Source: Phenylobacterium aquaticum (GTDB lineage: Bacteria > Pseudomonadota > Alphaproteobacteria > Caulobacterales > Caulobacteraceae). Taken from it: 64,000 nucleotides of DNA. Below, piece after piece: positions 18,891 through 29,771 of this stretch. The position numbers and the translations under genes were made by a program. The DNA lies in contig CANCJJ010000013.1 in assembly GCA_947378305.1 (NCBI GenBank), positions 10,097 to 74,096 on the forward strand, in the 5' to 3' direction. Position 1 is the first letter of the stretch. Each line of letters opens with the position of its first letter. The notes beneath the pieces were generated by a model. The model was not told the origin of the DNA. It made no database searches and saw nothing but the letters and a program-made list of their open reading frames with translations.

Positions 18891-21800
18891 ATGAACGGGA
18901 ACGGGAGCGAAGGCTTCGTTCATCTGCGGGTTCGATCGGCCTATTCGCTTCTTGAAGGTGCCATTCGCGCGGAAGCAATTGGAAAGCTGGCTTCGGCGAT
19001 GGAGATGCCGGCCGTGGCGATTACCGACCGGGCCAATCTGTTTGGGGCCCTGGAATTTTCCGTCGCGACTAAGGAAGCCGGAATTCAGCCGATCGTTGGC
19101 TGTGCCCTGCCCGTCACCGGTATTGGGGGTAGGGCCCCGGAGCGTTGGGCAAAGACGCCCACGCTCGTGCTCCTCGCCCAGTCTGAAGCCGGTTATCTCA
19201 ACCTGTCTTTGCTATCGTCTGAGGCCTATCTTTTGGCTGAGGCGACCGAAGAGCCGGCGATAGCTTGGTCACGGCTCATTGAATTATCTGAGGGGCTGAT
19301 CCTGTTGTCCGGCGGGCCGGACGGCCCAGTAGATCCGCTGTTCGCAGCAGGCAAGGTCGATGAAGGCAATGCCGCCCTAACCGAGATGGCGCGGGTATTT
19401 GGCGACCGTTTTTACATCGAACTTCAGCGGCATGGTATGTCCAGTCAGGCCCGAAGCGAGCCCTGCCTTGTGGCCCATGCCTATGCGCATGACATCGCCT
19501 TGGTCGCGACCAATGACGTCTATTTCGCAGAGGCCTCCCTCTACAGCGCCCATGAAGCCTTGCTCTGTATTTCTGATGGGGCGTTCATCGGGCAGGAGGA
19601 TCGGCGGAAAGTCACAGAAAACCATGGGTTCAAGTCCGCCCAGGACATGAGGTCTCTCTTCTCTGACCTGCCGGAAGCTTGTGACAATACCCTGGATATT
19701 GCCAGGCGCTGCGCCTTTATGGTGCTCAAACGCGATCCAATTCTACCACGCTTTCCGACGGTAGACGGCCGGACTGAGGCCGAGGAGTTGGCCACCCAGG
19801 CCCGTGAGGGCCTCAAGGCTCGTCTTGAGAACCACGCCCTTTCCCAGGCAGAGTCCGTCTATTGGGAACGTCTCGAACGCGAGATCGGCGTCATCCAGAC
19901 CATGGGATTCTCGGGATACTTCCTGATCGTTTCCGACTTCATGAAATGGGCGGTCGCCCACGGGATTCCCGTGGGTCCGGGCCGTGGGTCGGGTGCGGGT
20001 TCGCTGGTGGCCTGGTCGCTTCTGATTACCGGTCTTGATCCGCTCCGTTACGGGCTGATCTTTGAGCGTTTCCTGAATCCGGAACGCGTGTCCATGCCGG
20101 ACTTTGACATCGATTTCTGTCAGGAGCGTCGCGAAGAAGTCATTTCCTACGTTCAACAACGATATGGCCGGGACCGCGTGGCCCAGATCATCACCTTCGG
20201 CACCCTTCAGGCGCGTGCTGTGCTGAGGGATGTGGGACGGGTCCTGCAAATGCCCCTGGGCCAGGTGGATCGCCTGGCCAAGATGATCCCTGCCAACCCC
20301 GCCAATCCCGTGACCCTGGCCCGTGCACTCGAGCTGGAACCGCGCTTGCAGCAGGCCAAGAAGGATGACGAGGCCGTCGCTCAGTTGCTGGAAATTGCGC
20401 TCAAGCTTGAGGGGCTTTACCGGAACGCCTCGACCCATGCGGCAGGCGTTGTGATTTCAGACCGGCCTCTGACAGAGTTGTCTCCCCTGTATCGCGACCC
20501 TCGCTCGGAGCTTCCGGCGACCCAGTTCAACATGAAATGGGTGGAAAGCGCCGGTCTGGTGAAGTTCGACTTCCTGGGGTTGAAAACCTTGACGGTGATC
20601 GACAGGGCCATGAAGCATCTGGCCAAGCGGGGCGCAGATTTCGATCTGGAGACCTTGCCGCTTGATGATGCCAAGTCCTACGAGCTGATGGCCTCTGGTC
20701 AAACCGTGGGGGTCTTCCAGCTAGAAGGCCAGGGAATGCGGGACACTCTCCGCCAGCTTCGGCCAAATTCCCTGGAAGAAGTCACAGCCCTGATTTCGCT
20801 CTATCGGCCGGGGCCAATGGATTCAATTCCGGCCTATGTGGACTGCAAGGCCGGCCGCAAGCCGCTCAATGTTTACCACCCCCTCCTGGCTCCGGTCCTG
20901 ACCGACACCTATGGCGTGATCGTTTATCAGGAACAGGTGATGAATATCGCCAGGATTATGGCGGGATATTCCTTGGGAGAGGCCGACCTTCTGCGTCGGG
21001 CCATGGGCAAGAAGAAGAAAGAGGAGATGGACCAGCAGCGGGTCCGCTTTGCTACCGGCGCAGCGGAGCGGGGCGTCGATACAGAGCTGGCCGAAACCCT
21101 GTTTGAGCTCATGGCCAAGTTTTCCGGCTACGGATTCAACAAGTCCCACGCTGCTCCCTATGCCCTGATCGGCTATCAGACGGCCTGGCTAAAGGCCAAT
21201 GCCCCGGTTGAGTTTTTCGCGGCCTCAATGAGCCTGGACATCTCCAACACTGACAAGCTGGCCGTATTTTATCAGGACGCCAAGCGCTCGGGGGTGAAGA
21301 TCCGTTCGCCGGATGTGAATCTTTCCAGTGCGGATTTTGACGTGCTGGACGGGGAGGTGCTCTACGCCCTGGGCGGCATTCGCAACATCGGTCTTCAGGC
21401 CATGCAGAATGTGGTTGAAGTTCGTCGTCAGGGCGGGGCCTTTCGGGATATTTTTGATTTTGTCGAACGGGTGGATCCAAAGGATGTGAATCGTCGGGCG
21501 ATCGAGACCCTGGCCCGGGCCGGCGCATTTGACAGCCTTCATCCAGATCGGGCCCAGGTGTTTGCGGCGGCTGAAACCCTCTCAGGATATGGCCAGAGCG
21601 TTGCCGCCGAGCGTGCATCTTCCCAGGGCTCGCTATTTGGCGGAGACCAGGTTGAGGCCCAAAGGCCAAGACTGCCCAAGATCGATAGCTGGACAGGGAC
21701 CCAGAGGCTGGATGAAGAGCTTGCGGCCGTCGGCTTCTACCTGTCCGGCCATCCGCTGGAAGACATGCTGGTTGCGCTACGACGTAAGCGGACCGACCTG

Positions 21801-22328
21801 TTGGCGGAAGTCATTCCCAAGGCAGAGGCCGGCTCGGAAGCCTTCCGCATGGCCGGGGTTGTGCGGCGCAGACAGGAACGGGCCTCCCAGGGGAGTGGCG
21901 AGAAATTTGCCTTTGTCACCCTTTCGGACCCAACGGGGGAATATGAGGTTCTGTTTCCGCCGGAATCCCTGAAACGGTGTCGTGAGTTTCTAGAGCCTGG
22001 AAAGGCTGTGTCCCTAAGGGTCAGGGCCAAGGCGCGTGATGGCGAGGTTCGGTTTTTCGGCGACGATGCCGAGCCGATCGAGCGTGCGCTCGAAAATGCG
22101 ATCGCCGGACTTCGGGTGCATCTCATTCCGCGCAGCGCGGAAATTGAGGCCCTACAAAAGCGGCTTGAGGGAGCCGTGAATAGTCGTGGGGGCGAGATCA
22201 TCCTCGTGGCTCCGGTCGAGGGTAGCCGCGAAATCGAATTGAGACTGCCGGGTCGATATACCTTGGACAATGGCATTCGGGGGGCCCTTAAAACGGCACC
22301 GGGTGTTGTCTTTGTGGAAGACATCTAG
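18891..22328 (+). CDS. dnaE: DNA polymerase III alpha subunit
   Basis: 1145 aa. PHP domain start [16 protein letters not shown]. Palm motifs [14 protein letters not shown] and [22 protein letters not shown]. Confidence 0.97.
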   Translation: MNGNGSEGFVHLRVRSAYSLLEGAIRAEAIGKLASAMEMPAVAITDRANLFGALEFSVATKEAGIQPIVGCALPVTGIGGRAPERWAKTPTLVLLAQSEAGYLNLSLLSSEAYLLAEATEEPAIAWSRLIELSEGLILLSGGPDGPVDPLFAAGKVDEGNAALTEMARVFGDRFYIELQRHGMSSQARSEPCLVAHAYAHDIALVATNDVYFAEASLYSAHEALLCISDGAFIGQEDRRKVTENHGFKSAQDMRSLFSDLPEACDNTLDIARRCAFMVLKRDPILPRFPTVDGRTEAEELATQAREGLKARLENHALSQAESVYWERLEREIGVIQTMGFSGYFLIVSDFMKWAVAHGIPVGPGRGSGAGSLVAWSLLITGLDPLRYGLIFERFLNPERVSMPDFDIDFCQERREEVISYVQQRYGRDRVAQIITFGTLQARAVLRDVGRVLQMPLGQVDRLAKMIPANPANPVTLARALELEPRLQQAKKDDEAVAQLLEIALKLEGLYRNASTHAAGVVISDRPLTELSPLYRDPRSELPATQFNMKWVESAGLVKFDFLGLKTLTVIDRAMKHLAKRGADFDLETLPLDDAKSYELMASGQTVGVFQLEGQGMRDTLRQLRPNSLEEVTALISLYRPGPMDSIPAYVDCKAGRKPLNVYHPLLAPVLTDTYGVIVYQEQVMNIARIMAGYSLGEADLLRRAMGKKKKEEMDQQRVRFATGAAERGVDTELAETLFELMAKFSGYGFNKSHAAPYALIGYQTAWLKANAPVEFFAASMSLDISNTDKLAVFYQDAKRSGVKIRSPDVNLSSADFDVLDGEVLYALGGIRNIGLQAMQNVVEVRRQGGAFRDIFDFVERVDPKDVNRRAIETLARAGAFDSLHPDRAQVFAAAETLSGYGQSVAAERASSQGSLFGGDQVEAQRPRLPKIDSWTGTQRLDEELAAVGFYLSGHPLEDMLVALRRKRTDLLAEVIPKAEAGSEAFRMAGVVRRRQERASQGSGEKFAFVTLSDPTGEYEVLFPPESLKRCREFLEPGKAVSLRVRAKARDGEVRFFGDDAEPIERALENAIAGLRVHLIPRSAEIEALQKRLEGAVNSRGGEIILVAPVEGSREIELRLPGRYTLDNGIRGALKTAPGVVFVEDI

Positions 22329-22491
22329 CCAGTAAAACACTTGCGTTTTCGGGTATTCTCCTCTACGGCCACAACCATTCCACACGCAGGCGTTTGGCGA
22401 TTGATGGGGAGACATCCCGTCCTTTTCCATTCCGGTCCTCCATTCGGAGGGTTTGTCTGCGGAGGCTAACCGGAAAAAGAGGACCATAACC

Positions 22492-23337
22492 ATGGCACTT
22501 CCCGACTTCTCTATGCGCCAATTGCTCGAAGCAGGCGCGCACTTCGGTCACCAGACCCACCGCTGGAACCCGAAGATGGAGCGCTACATTTTTGGCAGCC
22601 GCTCCAATATCCACATCATTGATCTCTCGCAGTCCATGCCGCTGCTGCACCAGGCCCTGGTGAAGGTGCGTGAAATCTCGGCATCGGGTGGTCGCGTGCT
22701 GTTCGTCGGTACGAAGCGCCAGGCCTCCGACCCGGTTGCTGTGGCTGCAAAGCGTTGCGCGCAGTATTACGTCAATCACCGCTGGCTGGGCGGAACCCTG
22801 ACCAACTGGCGCACCGTCTCTGGCTCTATTGCCCGTCTGCGTGAGCTCGAAGGCGTGTTGGACGGTGGCGAAGGCAGCCGGACCAAGAAGGAAATTCTCC
22901 AGCTGACCCGTGAACGCGACAAGCTTGAGCTGTCCCTGGGTGGAATTAAGGACATGGGCGGCATTCCCGACCTTATGTTCGTGATCGACACCAATAAGGA
23001 AGCGATTGCCATCCAGGAAGCCAAGAAGCTGGGCATTCCGGTTATCGCCATCCTGGATACCAACTGCGACCCGGACGGCATCAACTATCCCATTCCCGGG
23101 AATGACGACGCCGCCCGTGCAATCCAGCTCTATTGCGATCTGCTTGCAGATTCCGTTCTCGACGGGCTCGCGGCCGGCGCGTCAGCGTCGGGCGTGGATC
23201 TGGGCGCTTCGGTCGCCCCGGTCGAGCCTACCCTGGCGCGTGAACTGACCCCGGAGGCGATTGAAACCGCCGCGGTTGAGCCCGCAACCATGGAAGACGC
23301 TGTCGCGGCTGAGCCTGCTGCGGACGCTGAAGCCTAA
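22492..23337 (+). CDS. rpsB: 30S ribosomal protein S2
   Basis: [36 protein letters not shown] Shine-Dalgarno 8 nt upstream of ATG 22492. The ORF is open from 22453 but that extension is not S2-like. Acidic Ala/Glu-rich C-terminal tail. Confidence 0.95.
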   Translation: MALPDFSMRQLLEAGAHFGHQTHRWNPKMERYIFGSRSNIHIIDLSQSMPLLHQALVKVREISASGGRVLFVGTKRQASDPVAVAAKRCAQYYVNHRWLGGTLTNWRTVSGSIARLRELEGVLDGGEGSRTKKEILQLTRERDKLELSLGGIKDMGGIPDLMFVIDTNKEAIAIQEAKKLGIPVIAILDTNCDPDGINYPIPGNDDAARAIQLYCDLLADSVLDGLAAGASASGVDLGASVAPVEPTLARELTPEAIETAAVEPATMEDAVAAEPAADAEA

Positions 23338-23353
23338 GTTAAACCCTTCATAA

Positions 23354-23378
23354 GGCCGCTGCCGTTGAGGCAGCGGTC
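23354..23378 (+). terminator. rpsB-tsf intercistronic hairpin (attenuator-like)
   Basis: CCGCTGCC-gttga-GGCAGCGG is a perfect 8-bp stem (23356-23376), extendable by 2 pairs. It is followed by tcgtaaatctgatt rather than a clean U-tract. Confidence 0.4.
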
Positions 23379-23403
23379 GTAAATCTGATTAAAGGAGCCC
23401 ACC

Positions 23404-24339
23404 ATGACGGAGATTACCGCCGCGTTGGTCAAGGAACTGCGTGAAAAGTCTGGCGCAGGCATGATGGACTGCAAGAAGGCCCTCCAGGAAAATGGCGGAG
23501 ACGTTGATCAGGCGATTGACTGGTTGCGCACCAAGGGCCTCAGCAAGGCCGCCAAGAAGTCTGATCGCGCGGCTGCCGAAGGTCTGGTTGCGGCTTCGGT
23601 TCGCAAGTCTGGTGCAGGCATGACCGGTGTGGTCGTTGAGCTGAACGCGGAAACGGACTTTGTCGCGCGCAATGAGAAGTTCCAGGCTGCCGCCAAGGAA
23701 ATCGCCCTGGTTGCACTGGACATCGAAGGCGTCGAAGCCATTTCTGCAGCCAAGACGTCAGCCGGTGAGACGGTCAGTGATATGGTCACCAACCTGATCG
23801 CGACCATTGGCGAGAATATGAACCTGCGCCGGTCGCTTCGGTTTTCGGTAACTGAGGGCGCTGTTGCCTCCTATGTCCACGCCGCCATCGTGCCCGACCT
23901 GGGCAAGATCGGTGTTCTCGTGGCCCTCGAGGGCAAGGGTGATCAGGCCAAGCTTTCCGAGGTTGGTCGTAAGATTGCCATGCATATTGCCGCGACCAAC
24001 CCTCTGTCCCTGTCGACGGATGATCTGGATCCGGCGGCGATCGAGCGTGAGAAGGCCATCTTTACGGAGCAGGCCCTGGCCTCTGGCAAACCTGCAGGCG
24101 TGGTTGAAAAGATGGTGGAGGGCCGCATCCGCAAGTTCTTCGAAGAGGTTGTGCTGCTCAAGCAGGCCTTTGTGATGAATCCGGACCAGACCATCGAGCA
24201 GCTCGTTGCCGAGACGGCCAAGGAAACCGGAGCCTCGGTCACGGTGAAGGGCTATGTCCGCTTTGCGCTTGGTGAAGGCGTTGAAAAAAAGGTCGACGAC
24301 TTCGCCGCCGAGGTGGCATCGATGGCTGGCCAGTCCTAA
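23404..24339 (+). CDS. tsf: elongation factor Ts
   Basis: [25 protein letters not shown]-terminal UBA-like motif. AAAGGAG Shine-Dalgarno. 311 aa. Confidence 0.95.
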   Translation: MTEITAALVKELREKSGAGMMDCKKALQENGGDVDQAIDWLRTKGLSKAAKKSDRAAAEGLVAASVRKSGAGMTGVVVELNAETDFVARNEKFQAAAKEIALVALDIEGVEAISAAKTSAGETVSDMVTNLIATIGENMNLRRSLRFSVTEGAVASYVHAAIVPDLGKIGVLVALEGKGDQAKLSEVGRKIAMHIAATNPLSLSTDDLDPAAIEREKAIFTEQALASGKPAGVVEKMVEGRIRKFFEEVVLLKQAFVMNPDQTIEQLVAETAKETGASVTVKGYVRFALGEGVEKKVDDFAAEVASMAGQS

Positions 24340-24361
24340 TTTTCGGAAAATTGATGATTTT

Positions 24362-24403
24362 AAGGGCGTGGTGCGTTCGACGCGCATCACGCCCTTGGTT
24401 TAT
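24362..24403 (+). terminator. hairpin downstream of tsf (probable terminator)
   Basis: AAGGGCGTG...CACGCCCTT (24362-24370 / 24388-24396) with further inner pairing, about 15 bp in total, then GGTTTAT. Confidence 0.5.
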
Positions 24404-24408
24404 GTAGA

Positions 24409-25155
24409 ATGGCCCAGGATTCTTCGGACACGCACATGACCAACTCATCCCTTCGCTATAAGAAAATTCTCTTGAAGATGTCCGGTGAAGTGCTGATGGG
24501 CGATGCCCCGTTCGGCATTGACACCAAGACCATTGAGGCCGTCGCAGAAGACATCAAGGAAGTTGTCGCCGCGGGCATTGAGCTTTGCCTTGTGATCGGC
24601 GGCGGAAACATTTTTCGCGGGGTGTCTCTGGCAGGGCAAGGCATGGAGCGGGCAAATGCCGACTATATGGGCATGCTTGCCACGGTCATGAACGCCTTGG
24701 CGCTACAGGGTGCGCTTGAAAAAATCGGCGTAAACACACGCGTTCAATCAGCAATTCCGATGGATGCGGTTTGCGAGCCCTATATTCGCAGACGGGCTCT
24801 ACGCCACCTGGAAAAGGGGCGCGTTGTCATATTTGCAGCAGGGCTCGGGGCACCTTTCTTCACAACAGACACCCCCGCAGCCTTGCGGACGGCTGAGATG
24901 GGCTGTGATGCGCTCTTCAAGGGAACTAGCGTCGACGGCGTCTATACGGCCGACCCCAAGAAGGACCCGGCTGCCAAGAGGTATGATACCCTTAGCTATC
25001 ATGAGGTGCTGTCCAAGGATCTTCGGGTCATGGATGCGTCCGCGATTGCCCTCATGCGTGATAACAAGATCCCGATCGTGGTGTTTTCGATCCGTGAGCG
25101 GGGTAATTTTATGAAGGTTCTCAAGGGACAGGGCGTTTTTACGACCATCGCCTGA
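24409..25155 (+). CDS. pyrH: UMP kinase
   Basis: [36 protein letters not shown]-like segment. Alternative start ATG 24436. Confidence 0.92.
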   Translation: MAQDSSDTHMTNSSLRYKKILLKMSGEVLMGDAPFGIDTKTIEAVAEDIKEVVAAGIELCLVIGGGNIFRGVSLAGQGMERANADYMGMLATVMNALALQGALEKIGVNTRVQSAIPMDAVCEPYIRRRALRHLEKGRVVIFAAGLGAPFFTTDTPAALRTAEMGCDALFKGTSVDGVYTADPKKDPAAKRYDTLSYHEVLSKDLRVMDASAIALMRDNKIPIVVFSIRERGNFMKVLKGQGVFTTIA

Positions 25156-25182
25156 GCGAAATTTATCTGAGGGAGCAAACCA

Positions 25183-25749
25183 ATGGCCGCTGCAGAAAAG
25201 CCTGTCCTGTCGAGATACAAGGACCGAATGGACAAGGCGATTACCGCCCTTAAGGAGGAGTTCGCAAGTCTGCGGACCGGCCGTGCGTCTGCGGGGCTTC
25301 TGGATCAAGTCATGGTGGAGGCCTACGGGTCCACCGTCCCGATTAGTCAGGTTGGGGCCGTCAGTGTGCCAGAGCCGCGTTCCATCACCGTCAGTATCTG
25401 GGACCGGGCCGTGGTGGTCTCCGTTGAAAAAGCCATTCGTTCAGCCGGCCTTGGTCTCAATCCCGTGGTCGAGGGACAGACCCTGAGAATTCCGATTCCA
25501 CCGCTCACCGAGGAACGTCGTCGGGACCTGGCCAAGGTGGCGGGCAAATATGCCGAACAGCAGAAGATTGCCGTTCGGAATGTGCGACGCGACGCCAATG
25601 ATGACCTGAAGAAGGCGGAGAAGGACTCTGTCATCAGCCAGGACGAGCAGAAGAAGATGGAAACCGAGGTCCAGAAGATGACGGACGAGGCCGTCAAGCG
25701 CGTCGATGAAGCCTTGAAAATCAAGGAACAAGAGATCATGCAGGTTTAG
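25183..25749 (+). CDS. frr: ribosome recycling factor
   Basis: 188 aa. [35 protein letters not shown] motifs. GGGAG Shine-Dalgarno. Confidence 0.95.
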   Translation: MAAAEKPVLSRYKDRMDKAITALKEEFASLRTGRASAGLLDQVMVEAYGSTVPISQVGAVSVPEPRSITVSIWDRAVVVSVEKAIRSAGLGLNPVVEGQTLRIPIPPLTEERRRDLAKVAGKYAEQQKIAVRNVRRDANDDLKKAEKDSVISQDEQKKMETEVQKMTDEAVKRVDEALKIKEQEIMQV

Positions 25750-25772
25750 TCGGCCCGCGACTGCCGGGCCGA
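25750..25772 (+). other. frr-uppS intercistronic hairpin
   Basis: TCGGCCCG-cgactgc-CGGGCCGA is a perfect 8-bp GC-rich stem immediately after the frr stop, with no U-tract. Confidence 0.35.
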
Positions 25773-25783
25773 CGAGGGACCCC

Positions 25784-26539
25784 ATGACCGTTCACAAACC
25801 TACGCCGACTGCCTCTGATCCGCCGCTTCATGTGGCGATCATTATGGATGGCAATGGGCGCTGGGCGAAGCGCCGTAGCCTGCCGCGTACCCTTGGACAT
25901 CGCGCTGGGGTTGAAGCCCTGCGGGCTGTGGTGTCTGCGGCACCGGACTTGAACATCCGCTGGCTAACGGTCTTCGGCTTTTCAACCGAAAACTGGAGCA
26001 GGCCTGCTGCGGAAGTGGCGGAATTAATGGCCTTGCCGAAGCGCTATTTTGACTCCGATCTGGACAGGCTTGTGCGGGAAGGTGTCCGCGTCCGGGTTAT
26101 GGGACAGAGGGAGGGCCTTTCGGCGGATCTGATCTCCATGCTGGATGCCGCTGAACTTCGTACACAGGCCAATGATGCCCTCCACCTGCAGATTGCGTTC
26201 AACTATGGCGGCCAGTCTGACATTGTCCAGGCAGCAAGGAAGTTTGCCCAGGCGGTGGCAGACGGTCAGGCGCGGCCTGAGGACCTGGACGAGGCAAGGT
26301 TTGCAAATAATCTCTCGACTGCGGGTCTTCCGCCTCCAGATTTGGTCATAAGACCCTCCGGAGAATTACGCCTGTCGAACTTTCTCCTTTGGGAATGTGC
26401 CTATACCGAATTCGTTTTTCAAAATGTGCTCTGGCCGGATTTCGGGCCGAAAAACCTGGCCGAGGCCATAGAGACCTACAAAAGCCGAGATCGGCGCTAT
26501 GGCGGGACGGTCGCAGATGACGCCTTTGCCACAAGCTAG
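25784..26539 (+). CDS. uppS: undecaprenyl diphosphate synthase
   Basis: HVAIIMDGNGRWA and cis-prenyltransferase C-terminal RLSNFLLWECAYTEF. Confidence 0.92.
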   Translation: MTVHKPTPTASDPPLHVAIIMDGNGRWAKRRSLPRTLGHRAGVEALRAVVSAAPDLNIRWLTVFGFSTENWSRPAAEVAELMALPKRYFDSDLDRLVREGVRVRVMGQREGLSADLISMLDAAELRTQANDALHLQIAFNYGGQSDIVQAARKFAQAVADGQARPEDLDEARFANNLSTAGLPPPDLVIRPSGELRLSNFLLWECAYTEFVFQNVLWPDFGPKNLAEAIETYKSRDRRYGGTVADDAFATS

Positions 26540-27362
26540 GTCCTTCGACTGGTTCAATCTCGGCATTCGGGTCGCGTCGGCGACTGTCCTGGTGCCTTCG
26601 GTGCTGGCGGCAGTCTGGTTTGATATCGGCTGGACCCGTACGGGGTGGCCATTCCTCACAATGGTCGTCATTGCCGTCGCCATGTTGTCGGTTGAGTGGG
26701 GCGGCATGAGCGCGCCCTTAGCCCGGGTCAGGGTTTCGACAGCCGTCTGTGCTGCGATTTTGAGTGCCGTCCTTCTGGCTCAGCGGGAGCACATGTTTTT
26801 GGCATGGGGCGCTCTGATTATTGGGGGTGCGGCAGCAGCCTTGATCGCGCGGGGTGTTTCGGAACGGCCTGGGAATGCTGCCTTTGGGGTCTTTTACATT
26901 GGTATTGCCTGTATCTGCCTGGTCTGGCTTCGTGCCATGCCTCAGGGGCGCTGGTGGACCCTTATGGTGTTTGCGGTGACATGGGCGGCGGACATTGCCG
27001 CCTACGCGACAGGCAGTGTGCTTAAAGGTCCCAAGCTGTGGCCACGGTATTCTCCGAACAAGACCTGGTCAGGTTTCTTTGGCGGCTTGCTTGCCTCAAT
27101 TGCAGTTGGCGCTGGGATGGCCAGCCTTCCGTATTTCAGCCTGAACTTCTATGCAGCCTGTTTGGTCGGCCTTGCTGGTGGGCTGGCCACAATGGCTGGG
27201 GATCTTTTGGAGTCCATGCTCAAGCGACGCTTTGGCGTGAAGGATTCCGGGGACCTAATTCCCGGGCATGGGGGTTTGCTCGACCGGGTCGATGGGCTGC
27301 TGTTTGCAGTTGTCTGCATGTCTGCCCTTAGGCTGGTCAATCATCTGGGCTGGGGACATTGA
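26499..27362 (+). CDS. cdsA: phosphatidate cytidylyltransferase
   Basis: C-terminal signature [28 protein letters not shown]. Polytopic membrane protein. Start uncertain (ATG 26499 or 26517, both overlapping the uppS end). Confidence 0.85.
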   Translation: MAGRSQMTPLPQARSFDWFNLGIRVASATVLVPSVLAAVWFDIGWTRTGWPFLTMVVIAVAMLSVEWGGMSAPLARVRVSTAVCAAILSAVLLAQREHMFLAWGALIIGGAAAALIARGVSERPGNAAFGVFYIGIACICLVWLRAMPQGRWWTLMVFAVTWAADIAAYATGSVLKGPKLWPRYSPNKTWSGFFGGLLASIAVGAGMASLPYFSLNFYAACLVGLAGGLATMAGDLLESMLKRRFGVKDSGDLIPGHGGLLDRVDGLLFAVVCMSALRLVNHLGWGH

Positions 27363-28552
27363 GTTTACCCCGGCGCGTCTCCATTCTTGGCTCAACTGGC
27401 TCGATCGGGGTTTCGACCCTTGATCTGTTCGAGGCTTCGGGCGCTGAGGTTGAGGTCGTTGCCCTGACGGCGGGAAGAAACGTCGCTCTCTTGGCCGAAC
27501 AAGCCTTGAAATGGCGTCCAACCATGGCCGTGATTGAGGACCCTGAACTCCTGCCGGACCTGCGAGCACGGTTGCAGGGCACCAACATCCAGTGTTCAGC
27601 CGGAGCCTCGGCGATTGAGGCGGCAGCCTCAGTTGAGGCCCAATGGGTCATGTCAGCGATTGTTGGTTTTGCCGGTCTCGCGCCAACCCTAGCGGCGGCA
27701 AGGTCCGGTGCAGTCATAGCGCTAGCAAACAAGGAGAGCCTGGTTTGTGCAGGGCCATCCTTGCTGCGCGTCGCAAAACTTGCGGGTGGTGTCGTGATCC
27801 CGGTGGATTCTGAACACTCAGCAATATTCCAGGTCCTGGACTCCCTTAATCTGGACAAGGTTTCCAGGCTGATCCTGACGGCATCCGGCGGACCGTTCAG
27901 AACATGGTCCAGGGAGAAAATGGCCCGGGCAAGTTTAGATGAAGCTCTGGCTCATCCGAACTGGAGCATGGGGCAAAAAATTTCCATCGATTCAGCCACC
28001 ATGATGAATAAAGCGCTCGAAATGATTGAAGCAGCTTATTTATTCTCGATGAGGCCAGATCAGGTTGATGTCCTCGTCCACCCGCAATCAATCATTCACA
28101 GCCTGGTGGAATACGCGGACGGTTCAACCCTTGCCCAGCTAGGAATGCCAGACATGCGGACACCGATCGCCTGCGCTCTGGCCTGGCCGGATCGAATGTC
28201 CTGGCCTGCGCCACGTCTTGATCTGGTCGCAACCGGCCCCCTGACATTTGAAGCCCCGAACGAAAGCAATTTTCCAGCGCTGTCGCTTGCGCGGCAGGCA
28301 TTGGCCTTGGGCGGCGTCGCCCCTGCGGTTCTGAATGCGGCCAATGAGGTTGCCGTTGAGGCCTTTATTCAGAGCCGAATTGGGTTTCTCGATATTGCCG
28401 CAATTGTAGCGGATACCTTGGGCGTGGCTGAGACCTGTGGGCTCATCCGGACTGAGGTGACCAGTGATTTGGCAACGATACAACAGGTCGATTCGGATGC
28501 GCGGCGGATGGCCGGGGAGGTCATGCTCGGTTATGCTGGCCGCCACGCTTAG
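27359..28552 (+). CDS. dxr: 1-deoxy-D-xylulose 5-phosphate reductoisomerase
   Basis: [17 protein letters not shown] motif, ...LANKESLV..., [23 protein letters not shown] start overlapping the cdsA stop. Confidence 0.92.
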   Translation: MSLPRRVSILGSTGSIGVSTLDLFEASGAEVEVVALTAGRNVALLAEQALKWRPTMAVIEDPELLPDLRARLQGTNIQCSAGASAIEAAASVEAQWVMSAIVGFAGLAPTLAAARSGAVIALANKESLVCAGPSLLRVAKLAGGVVIPVDSEHSAIFQVLDSLNLDKVSRLILTASGGPFRTWSREKMARASLDEALAHPNWSMGQKISIDSATMMNKALEMIEAAYLFSMRPDQVDVLVHPQSIIHSLVEYADGSTLAQLGMPDMRTPIACALAWPDRMSWPAPRLDLVATGPLTFEAPNESNFPALSLARQALALGGVAPAVLNAANEVAVEAFIQSRIGFLDIAAIVADTLGVAETCGLIRTEVTSDLATIQQVDSDARRMAGEVMLGYAGRHA

Positions 28553-28565
28553 GGAGTCGCGCTAG

Positions 28566-29771
28566 ATGTTGTATTTCCTGCAAAACCTCTTCTTTTATGT
28601 GGTCCCTTTCGCGCTTGTCTTGAGTCTGATCGTCACTGTTCATGAGCTCGGACACTTCTTGGTCGCCAAATGGTGTGGCGTGGCCATTGAAAGGTTCGCG
28701 ATTGGTTTCGGTCGCCCGATTTTTTCCCATAGGGATCAGGCTGGCGTGGAATGGCGGATCGGATGGATTCCGCTTGGCGGCTATGTGCTGTTTTCGGGAG
28801 ATACCAACGCATCAAGCGTGCCCGATCATGACGATATGAAGGTCATGCGAGACGACATAATTCAGCGAGAGGGCAAGGAGTCTCTCTCCCGCTACTTCCA
28901 TTTCAAGCCGGTCTGGCAGAGAGCGCTCGTGACATTGGCGGGCCCGGTTGCGAACTTTCTTCTGGCGATTGTCCTATTTGCCATCCTGTTTTTGACCTTC
29001 GGCGAGCAGGTCGTTCCGCCCCGTGTTGCCGTGATCAGCCCCGCGAGTCCGGCATCCGAGGCGGGATTTAAGGTAAATGACGAGATCGTCAGGATTAATG
29101 GCCGTCGAATCACTAATTTTCGCTCGATCGGTGAGGTAATCCAGGTTCGTACCGGAGTTGCGACGAGCTTTGATATCTTGCGTGACGGAAAGCCGGTGAC
29201 GCTTTCAGCGACGCCGCGCAAGGTGATTGTCAACACGATCTCAGGTCCAAGGCCGGTGGGTCAAATCGGCATCGCTCCGCCTCCGGACGTAACCCTTGAG
29301 CGATCCAGTCTTCCTCAGGCGCTGAGCAAGGGCGTGGTCAAGACCTGGGACACCTTGACCGGAACTCTCTATGTCCTCGGGCGGATCGTGCAGGGTGGAA
29401 TTTCGTTAAATCAACTGCATGGCCCGATTGGTATCGCCCATTTGTCTGGGGATATTGCAAAAGCCAGCGGGGAGGGATCTCCCAATCTTCTAACCAGTCT
29501 GTTCTATGGAACGGCGAATTTCTTGGGCTTGGCCGCCGCCTTGTCGGTCGGGATTGGGTTTATGAATCTCTTGCCGATTCCAGTGCTGGATGGCGGGCAT
29601 TTGTTGTTCTTTGCCTACGAAGCTTTGGCCCGCCGCCCACTTGCTGCCAAGGTTCAGGCCTTAGGGTATCGCGTGGGCCTTGCACTGGTGTTCGGATTGA
29701 TGTTGTTCGCCACATGGAATGACGTGCACGAGTTGCAGGTCTTCAACTTTTTAGGTGGTCTGTTCTCGTGA
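28566..29771 (+). CDS. rseP: RIP metalloprotease RseP (site-2 protease, M50)
   Basis: HELGHF zinc motif in TM1, central PDZ-like region, C-terminal NLLPIPVLDGGH motif. Confidence 0.9.
   Translation: MLYFLQNLFFYVVPFALVLSLIVTVHELGHFLVAKWCGVAIERFAIGFGRPIFSHRDQAGVEWRIGWIPLGGYVLFSGDTNASSVPDHDDMKVMRDDIIQREGKESLSRYFHFKPVWQRALVTLAGPVANFLLAIVLFAILFLTFGEQVVPPRVAVISPASPASEAGFKVNDEIVRINGRRITNFRSIGEVIQVRTGVATSFDILRDGKPVTLSATPRKVIVNTISGPRPVGQIGIAPPPDVTLERSSLPQALSKGVVKTWDTLTGTLYVLGRIVQGGISLNQLHGPIGIAHLSGDIAKASGEGSPNLLTSLFYGTANFLGLAAALSVGIGFMNLLPIPVLDGGHLLFFAYEALARRPLAAKVQALGYRVGLALVFGLMLFATWNDVHELQVFNFLGGLFS

Noticed and set aside
22404-22469. 21-codon ORF ([21 protein letters not shown]) in the rpsB leader.
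   Set aside because: No Shine-Dalgarno. The sequence coincides with the structured CCTCC/GGAGG elements, so it is better explained as RNA structure than as coding.
23338-23360. TTAA-N7-ATAA (and TTAA-N7-TTGA at 42858-42872), resembling CtrA-box half matches.
   Set aside because: Neither is a full TTAA-N7-TTAA site. Single mismatched occurrences in AT-richer spacers are expected by chance.
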